NCBI GenBank assembly: GCA_965235115.1
Contig: OZ249436.1
Coordinates: 5,954,001-6,014,000, forward strand
Origin: Laetmonice hystrix
Lineage: Eukaryota
DNA length: 60,000 nucleotides
Reading direction: 5' to 3'
Below, in pieces: positions 51,375-60,000 of the stretch. The position numbers and the translations under genes were made by a program. Numbering within the stretch: the first letter of the stretch is position 1; each line of letters starts with the position of its first letter. The notes below the pieces were generated by a model. It was given only the letters and a program-made list of their open reading frames with translations. It was not told where the DNA came from and did no database searches.

Positions 51375-53289
51375 TAAATGAGGAAGCTGGCTATTGTTAA
51401 TGTGTCCCTGTCCGGAGCTTCGATACACTCGTTGTTACTCGCCTCCACTTCATCATTCTAGGGGGATTTTTAATTTCCTATCTGGGAGTTGGGCCATTAC
51501 CAGCTAATTTCATGTCACAGTCTACACTGGGGCGTAGCAGCCATAAATAATGGCAAATTAATGCTAAAGGCCATCGGTGGTATGTTTGTCTTGAGGGTTT
51601 CATTTGGGCTGGAGGACTTGTTGGACATTGGGGGTATGGCAGGGAGGATGGCTCATGGCCCCGGGCAGCATTTCCGTCCATTTCCTATCACAGGGCGTGG
51701 ATAATAGTTTCCTGCCGTTCACCCAGAGCTGCTGTCGGGACAAACAGCCCCCCGAAAGCTCGGCCCGCATTCTGCAGACAAATACTCGTGCTAAAAGATA
51801 ATGCGGACTGCGATCCCAGTGGAGTTGTTCACAAGATTGATCTGTGTATCTCCACCAGCTCAATTTGTTCGCCAAAATGATGCCGCCTTTCCCCCAACGA
51901 TTTTTGCCAAGGGAAACAAAAGCAATTTACATAAGCGTGCATATAAATGATACATGTTCGCATGGGTTAAGAGGATATCAAGCGAAGCTGGGTGCTCGCT
52001 GATTGCCTGGCTGGCCGTAATAGATTGTATGTCATATTAATGCTCATTTATTCGTCCATCATTAATCCTGACTGCGGCACGCCGGTGTTTGATAGAGACG
52101 ACACTGCCGCCCTGATGGGCTGCTCATTTTTATAAATGAACCAGCCAATTGGGACGTGCGCAGTTCGCTTAGTCGAGATGTTCTCGAGAAATGGCTTTGA
52201 TGGCAGTGCATTTTTTCTTCCTGACGATGTTATGTGTGTCATAAATGCTTGTCAGCGATGATATTTCAGACCAAATTTGGCTCATTTCGCACAGCGGCGG
52301 GGTGTCCCTGCGGAACCATCGCGGTCGGCCACAGTCAGAGTGGACGAGGCGCACGCGGCCGCGCAGCCCCCATCCCGCTCCATTTGCCTTGTCACTTGCC
52401 CTTTTCATCTTTATATCCGGCCATATTACTGACATGATTGGTGCATCCAGCCCCTGTTTTCATTCCATCTAAAAGGGCCAGGCTTGTGGAAGGCATGTAC
52501 AATATCAGTGCCAAACGCAGGCCAGATCAGGACCAGATATTTCAATATTTTGCCGCCTGATCCTTGGAAGGTTCCCTGAACTCGCCTCCCTACTGTCGCC
52601 TTGCGGCCATTTGTCTTGCACAATCAGATAAAGGCTCTCCACCGAGAGGGGTTTGGGGGCAGACGCATTGTATAATTGATTGTTTTTACCCCTGAACTGA
52701 AATTCTGAACATATTCGTGCTGCTAGACGGAGGGGGAGGCGGGCGGGGTATCCTCGGCCTTCGTAACCCATCGCGGCACGTCGGGGGAACCTGCGGTGGC
52801 ACTCGGCATCCCTGTGGATGGCTATGATGTACCAATAAATAACAAATTACACTACAAGAAATTAAGCATTAAGGGGAGAAAAGATGAAGTGTGCGGCTGA
52901 GAAATTAAGCAGGCGTGTGGCTGGATCGAATAATAACATTAGGCCATTCAGGGTACACACCCTTGTAATACATTTTCATCAATGCTAGAGGCAGTTGACA
53001 AGTTCTTATAGGCAGGCTCCTTCCTATGTTGCCTAATAAGGTCTGGCTGAATTAAAATGCAATATTTCACGGAGTGGTGTGAATCTGTGCTGCCATCTGG
53101 TTAGTGTTTGAGCTGGGACTGGTCATTGGCTTCCACCGCGGGCCTTGCCGCAAGGCCACCGGCCGTCTATTTCCGCCATTGATTAGGTGCTTGCCCCCAC
53201 AGCACTGCTTCGTGAGGAAATAATAGCAGCCAGGTAGGGCATGTTGCCCGCAATTTGTCTCCCTGATATCACAATTTAATGCACTTTTC

Positions 53290-53460
53290 GGAGCCGTCAC
53301 TGTGCCGTTATGCCGGCCGACACGGCGCCAGTTGCAGGCTATAGCGTCACCCCGTGCCGTACTCCGCCGTCATTGGTCACGTCAGCGGCGCTCTGCGCAT
53401 GCCCGAACCGCACGTCAGCGGGCCCCACGTCGCACGACTCGCCACTGCGCCCCGCCACAA
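53290..53460. promoter_or_regulatory. CpG-island-like promoter or enhancer
   Basis: Five CGTCA half-CREs, including two CACGTCAGCGG (53378, 53411). Also ATTGG at 53372 (CCAAT on minus), NRF-1-like TGCGCATGC at 53394, GC box GCCCCGCC at 53449, and very high CpG density. Confidence 0.55.
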
Positions 53461-54259
53461 CACCAACCCCAGTGCCCTATCTATCATTTATTTTGGGAAA
53501 TGTCCTGATCAGTGATAGAGTGATGCGGCAGCGAGAAGTCCCACAGTTGACCGTAGTGAGTCCCGAAGTGTAAATAGATCTACAGATGAACTTTTAATAG
53601 TGACAGGCAGCTACAGTCCTGTCGGGCTATACAGTAGGTGGTCGGGCCAGGGTGGTGACCGACGGAGGCAAAGGTCCCGCCATCAGAGCATGCTACATCA
53701 CAGACAGATCACAACTGATGGCAGGCCGCAAATAACTTCATTTACACCCACAATCCACCAGCCTCCACTGTTGTCATGTTAACAGTCGACTCCAGGCTCC
53801 GAACAAATACAGGCTGACAGTAGAAACTAACGATGCAAAAACAAACTGCATTTGTAAAAATGTGTTTCCCTCATGGTTACACAGAGCTACAATATCTAGT
53901 CTGTTAATTTAAAAAGAACCTTTTCTATTTTATCTTATGGTAAAATTAAGCAATTTATATGGTATCTAGGAAACCATGTGTCATATCAGCTCCGATACTA
54001 GTGGCCCGGTGATTTATGGTGGAATTTATGCGAAAATATTGTTGACTGTGTTCCATAAGTGAATTTGCACGCAGAAGCTGTTTCAGTTCTTAGAGCCTGT
54101 TTTTTTTCTGATGGCAAGCAGGATAGAATGAGGAGTGAGAGCCACAACTAGGATTGTGGATATTCCTGCCCAAGGCTGTGCAGGTTTACGATCAGGGGAC
54201 AGGGGCTGACATTTGAAAGAAAGCAGGAAACATCTACATATGTCCGTCTGATTATTCTC

Positions 54260-54639
54260 GGCCAACATTAGCTCCTTTCCACAACATACCATCTTGTTGG
54301 TTTTCCTGTCGCTGCACCACTCAGGCCAACATGAGCTCCTTCCCACAGCACCATCTTGTTGGTTTTCCTGTCGCTGCACCACTCAGGCCAACATGAGCTC
54401 CTTCCCACAGCATACCATCTTGTTGGTTTTCCTGTCGCTGCACCACTCGGGCCAACATGAGCTCCTTCCCACAGCATACCATCTTGTTGGTTTTCCTGTC
54501 GCTGCACCACTCAGGCCAACATGAGCTCCTTCCCACAGCATACCATCTTGTTGGTTTTCCTATCGCTGCACCACTCAGGCCAACATGAGCTCCTTCCCTC
54601 AGCACCATCTTGTTGGTTTTCCTGTCGCTGCACCACTCA
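54260..54639. repeat. Minisatellite, 64/62-bp unit, ~6 copies
   Basis: Unit GGCCAACATGAGCTCCTTCCCACAGCATACCATCTTGTTGGTTTTCCTGTCGCTGCACCACTCA. Confidence 0.96.
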
Positions 54640-55670
54640 CCTCCTAGCCTGGACCCTAGGGGCCTGATCTCCTCCCCCACCCCACCAACCGTTTTAATCT
54701 ACCCCTTCCTGGGACATTGGCTCTATATCTGGACACCCCGCGGGAATCAGTAAGGTTCACATTGGTCCCCAGTCACAGGAAGTCAGCAGCACAGGTCAAC
54801 GTTATATTTATCCCAAGACAACAAAACGGCTCGAAGATTTATGACTACAATAATGTGTCATAAATTTATATTGAATATCAAAGTGTGTGAATCCACGATC
54901 ATAACACACGGTGTTCTAATAGCAAGGGCAGATTTATAGATGCTTTGCAGACACTTGTATATCTATAAGGGATCTATTGTAATTTCTTCATAACGTTTGA
55001 ATCTAGCTAATCTTAAAGATGCTGAACCTCTGAATTATAATGCTAACTTAGTTCTCCTTTCCGTGGTTTGAAATCTCATTCTGACTTGCTTGGAATTCGT
55101 GCTATTTATAATGACTGAGAGTGAGTAATGTCCACCTCGGGGCCACGCCTTGGTCAGTGGTGATGGTCGAGTCCGGAGTCAACTGTTACATGCTGGCTCC
55201 ACAAGATAACGACACATTAGGGCTTGATTAATTGACCACTGTCTCATCTGTGCCAGGGTCACCCACGGGTCAGTGGAGGGTCAGCAACAAACACAAGAAT
55301 AGAGGGTGACTGACCGTTACATGACCAGACCATTGAGACTCGGAACCATGTGTGGTAAGTACAACCTTTCTATAAGTATTGTAGTAATCGGTATACAGTC
55401 TCCAGTACAGATACCAGAGCTTCAGTTAATGATAATTTAAGTATCCTACAACGTGGTAGCATTCAGAGGTCTTATGATTGAAAGCACGTTATCAAACATA
55501 ACATATTGTTACCTGGTACACCTATATGGTGCAGTTCTGACAGTGGCTTGGGGATATTCGTGGGGGCTTTAAATATATAAACATTTCAACAGTGATTTAG
55601 AATTTAACCAGCCACTTTGTGATTTGTGTACCTGTTTGTTATTAGTAGTTTCCATAAGGATGTGTTGAAC

Positions 55671-55895
55671 TGTTTACTTGTTGTTTTACTAACAGTGCCG
55701 ATATCATTGTTTTACTTACAGTGCCGATACCATTGTTTTACTTACAGTGCCGATACCATTGTTTTACTTAGAGTGCCGATACCATTGTTTTATTTACAGT
55801 GCCGATACCATTGTTTTACTTACAGTGCCGGTACCATTGTTTTACTTACAGTGCCGATACCATTGTTTTACTTACAGTGCCGATACCATTGTTTT
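55671..55895. repeat. Minisatellite, 26-bp unit, ~8 copies
   Basis: Unit TTGTTTTACTTACAGTGCCGATACCA. Confidence 0.96.
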
Positions 55896-58189
55896 CCTAG
55901 TTTATGTACCTGTATTATCCCTGATTTATTTGGATATTTATTTGTCAGGGGTTTTTGGGTTTGTCACAGTCCTGTGGTGTTTTTTAAATACATTTTTCAT
56001 GCGCCTACATATTTTGAGGTAGATTTTATGATGTCATGATGTCGATGTCTTCCTGTGAAGCCAGTCGTTGCCGCCGTGTAGGGCGAGGATGGAGCGCCCC
56101 GTGTGACTGCTGGAGGTACTATACCCGTGAGAGCCGTCCCGTACTGGGGGTGACTGACTGGCTTGTTGATAGTCTCCCGGCCACCTCAGCCAGGTATATT
56201 TTGGGGGGTCTACCCCATGCCATGTCCACACTGGCCATCAGTAATACGTGAGGTATTCAGTCTCCGTCATCACTATGACGTCTGAGTCCTGTATCGGCAG
56301 TCTGGCTATCACTCCCCCATGGTTAACCCATCCGTCCTCGCCTCGCCTCATCACAGCGCCCCCTTACGGTGTCCGATTCACACCGTGAACCGGTGAGCGG
56401 CGAAAAGAAAAGAAATGTTGGCAATGCGTCTGGTTTATCATCCCCACTGAGACAGTTCGAGAGAACACAAATTGAATGCAATCATTCACCGATGATTTAT
56501 CGAGTTGGTGGTGGAGTTTGACTTGATGAGATTGAGCAAGGTGCGGGAAGTTACACTCTGGTAGGACCCCCTGTCTGTGGTACCCCCACCCCACCCCACC
56601 CCACCCCACCCCACCCCGCACCATTCGACCTCACCCCACCCTTGGTTACCTTCACGTTCTGACCGGGTCTAATCCAAGGTAACGTGCCAATCCTATGGGC
56701 AAATATCGCCTCACAGTAGGTATTATAAATAACTTAGTATTCATTCTTCTTAGCATACTTTATCAAAATAGCTCAATACATGTTATTGGCCGTCCTTTGC
56801 TATCTGTTTCATCAGTCAAGCGTTGGTAATCTTTGCCAGGTTCCTTTTACGCTTTGTTGTTCAGTCATGGCTTGATTGCAGAGTCAGATTTCATTGTCAA
56901 GATCACCTGACTCAAATACAAGAAAGGTTATTTTTCACTGCTCGTTTATCAAATCAAACGTAGTCACTTATCATGATATCAATTTTTGAAAGTGGTTGTA
57001 ATATGAATTGAAACATTACGAGTGTGTATCGTGGGAGTGTGTATCGTGGGAGCTGTGTTTTCTGTGTCTTACCTTCACGTGTGAGATGACAGTCAGATGG
57101 GAAATTCAAGCAGAGAATGGAATGTGAAGATGAGGATGAGAAAATAGCGCTGATAACTTGTGACTGGTATAATAAATGGGGAGGGATGGAGGTGTCGTAT
57201 TGGTCACATTTTATCTAGTCATATTACACGCCTACCATGTGTTCCGTGTGATTAGCACGTTTTGTGAGTGGTGGCATGGTCAGGATACCAGGAGTGAGAG
57301 TGTCGGGAAATACTGCCTTGGCAGGCAACGCTGGAAGGGTTATCTGTCTACCACTGGGGTTCACTTTGCCCTTCAACCATCTTTGCAGTAAGCAACAGTT
57401 TCCTATACATTTATATATACTTTATTTATATTTACCGATTCCAAACAGTTTGGTGGATTTTACTTTTAGGCAAAATATGCATAAATAATATTTTTTTAAA
57501 TCAGAAAGTATATACATTGCCACTGCTGCGCATTAGAAAGAAAAAAGAAAGTTACAAAAAGGTGGTTTTCTACGAAGTGTATATGATGAGAAATGATTGA
57601 TGAAAGCTCACATGCTGATAGTAGAGGATTTCGTATATATAGAGTGGAGCTGAGATGGTAGCACCGATAGCTTAGTCTGAACCTACCACCCAGCAGATAG
57701 TCAACACCGTAACTAACAAATCTTTACGATATACGCCCAGATATAAAGTGCAGACTCATGTAACGAAGGCCTTGTACGACAGTGTCGACAGGAACAGCCT
57801 TTACTGTCTCGAGATGTTTCCTTCCATCTCATCATATGACAGCTGTCCACAGTGTTCCAGTTTTTTTAGTTTTACAGAGTTTTTTTTCAATACATTACGT
57901 GCATTCTTACCTTTTGGGTGGTCCGTCCACTATTAGCCGGAGGTGGGAACTCGCTATCCCGTCCCCACAGCCTCAGCTGTTCGACTTAAAAATTACCTGC
58001 TCTAGTAAGTGCACACTTGTGTTTGTCCTTCAATTACCATTAGATGGATATATTGTGTGAAAACTTCTCTCAGTTAAAAGTCCATTTACTTTGTTTTGTT
58101 TAAGAGCAAGCGTGATTTACTATCTTCCTGTGGTAGATTTTCTTTGTGTTCGCGCAGCAGAAGGTTGTCTAGCCTGCCACAGTCGTCGT

Positions 58190-58305
58190 CAGTTTGTCTG
58201 AGACCAACTTGTTTGACAGTCAGAGAGTCAGTTTGTCTGAGACCAACTTGTTTGACAGTCAGAGAGTAAGTTTGTCTGAGACCAACTTGTTTGACAGTCG
58301 GAGAG
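58190..58305. repeat. 39-bp unit x3
   Basis: GTTTGTCTGAGACCAACTTGTTTGACAGTC(A/G)GAGAG at 58192, 58231 and 58270. Confidence 0.95.
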
Positions 58306-58515
58306 ATCTATAAATATTGGCAGAAGTTAAGCCTGACAATGTATCGATATTTTGCTGATTGAAATACTGTGCACATGTCAGGTGCCGGTATCTATACTTA
58401 TAGGTATAGGCTAATAATATAACAACGTAAGGGTTTTGTCGAATTCGTTGATTTGTCATGTCATGGAAAATATGGAAGAAACGATGAAGTAAAGTACTAG
58501 ACACCAACATTCACC

Positions 58516-59040
58516 AACCTGGAGTTCCATATTCTCACTCAGTTATGATTTCTATAACCTGGGGTTTCATATTCTCACTCAGTTATGATTTCTATAACCT
58601 GGGGTTTCATATTCTCACTCAGTTATGATTTCTATAACCTGGAGTTCCATATTCTCACTCAGTTATGATTTCTATAACCTGGAGTTTTATATTCTCACTC
58701 AGTTATGATTTCTATAACCTGGAGTTTTATATTCTCACTCAGTTATGATTTCTATAACCTGGGGTTTCATATTCTCACTCAGTTATGATTTCTATAACCT
58801 GGGGTTTCATATTCTCACTCAGTTATGATTTCTATAACCTGGGGTTTCATATTCTCACTCAGTTATGATTTCTATAACCTGGGGTTTCATATTCTCACTC
58901 AGTTATGATTTCTATAACCTGGGGTTTCATATTCTCACTCAGTTATGATTTCTATAACCTAGGGTTTCATATTCTCACTCATGTATGATTTCTATAACCT
59001 GGGGTTTCATATTCTCACTCAGTTATGATTTCTATAACCT
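58516..59040. repeat. Minisatellite, 40-bp unit, 13 copies
   Basis: Unit AACCTGGRGTTTCATATTCTCACTCAGTTATGATTTCTAT. Confidence 0.98.
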
Positions 59041-60000
59041 TGATACCCCACCTCAGTTCTAGCACTTAAGCCTGATACCCCATTTCGAAATTACTCGCTT
59101 TATTACATATTTTCCTTGGCTTTAATCCGATACCCTCTCCAACATTTCTTACAGACATTGAGAAGGTGACCTGAAAGTTATATGTACTGAATCGTTTTTT
59201 TTTCTGACTCATATATCCAATGAAAGTTGTACTGACTTGCCACAGTAATGTTCTTTGAATGTTGGGTAACTTCAGCAAAAGGTGAAGTTGTTAGGTGAGT
59301 GGGGAGATTACATTACATGCCGTGACACCGCCAGTAAAGTGGGTTTGTCACGGGCGGCATGTGGGTTGAGGCCTCGTCAGCCGGGGGACTCGTCTCCAAT
59401 TGCCAGTTTCATTTCAAAATTGACTTTTCTTTTGTCCATATGTTCGCCATGAACTGTTGTGGTTGACACGACAGGCGTCCACGACTGAAATAACATCACA
59501 CGTGGTGAATATCACATTTATTAGCGGCCTTGTTCAGACCTCTTATCGGTCATTCTTTGTGACAAGATACGGCCGCCTTTCACTTTGTCACCGACTGCAT
59601 ATTTCAACATGTTCTTGTCAGCTGCCAGTTTTTGGGCTAACTCGACATGACACCGGAGAGGGAGCATTCAGCCTGCCTCGCTTGATCATGATTGGAGGTG
59701 GCGAGGAGGGAGGTGAGAAATGGCCAAGATAGATCCCCCGTTACACGTTTTCATATCTGATTAGTGAAAGATGTTGATACGTGGATGGTTTGAGACAGGC
59801 CGTCGACCAGGGCCATGCTGTGTGAAGACCTGCCAAGGAGGTGTATGATAGGCCTGTCGTGTCCAACCCGGCCACAGCGCCGGCCCTCTGGGAGTCGGTG
59901 GTGGAGGGGACTGACCGACACTCGCCACTCGGTGCTTGCGACCAGCTCCAAGCTGACCAAGGCCCGCCACAGCTCTTTATATGGCAGAGGCGTAAACTCG

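Overview
This is animal genomic DNA, probably from an invertebrate and possibly a mollusc or other lophotrochozoan (inferred from a SINE-like core, weak CpG depletion and the repeat style). It is almost entirely non-coding, consistent with a large intron or an intergenic regulatory region. I recognise no protein domain, rRNA, tRNA, CRISPR array or prokaryotic system. About 30% of the window (~18 kb, hand estimate) is about 21 distinct tandem arrays with units of 4-75 bp, plus many 2-3-copy duplications. Nearly all long ORFs in the track are by-products of these arrays. The best-supported non-tandem features are: (1) a 347-bp element with ~78-bp terminal inverted repeats and a TTAA target duplication (Kolobok-like MITE), nested in a decayed tRNA-derived SINE at 21.5-22.0 kb; (2) a 34-bp perfect hairpin with flanking direct repeats at 8.76 kb; (3) an NF-kB site next to a full CRE at 13.0 kb; (4) a CpG-rich promoter-like cluster at 53.3 kb. 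Several low-confidence minus-strand exon candidates hint at a host gene that cannot be identified from this window. I found no convincing novel multi-gene system. The most interesting leads are minisatellites that amplify regulatory-like motifs (CRE/nuclear-receptor, CTCF-like, let-7 seed, splice sites).
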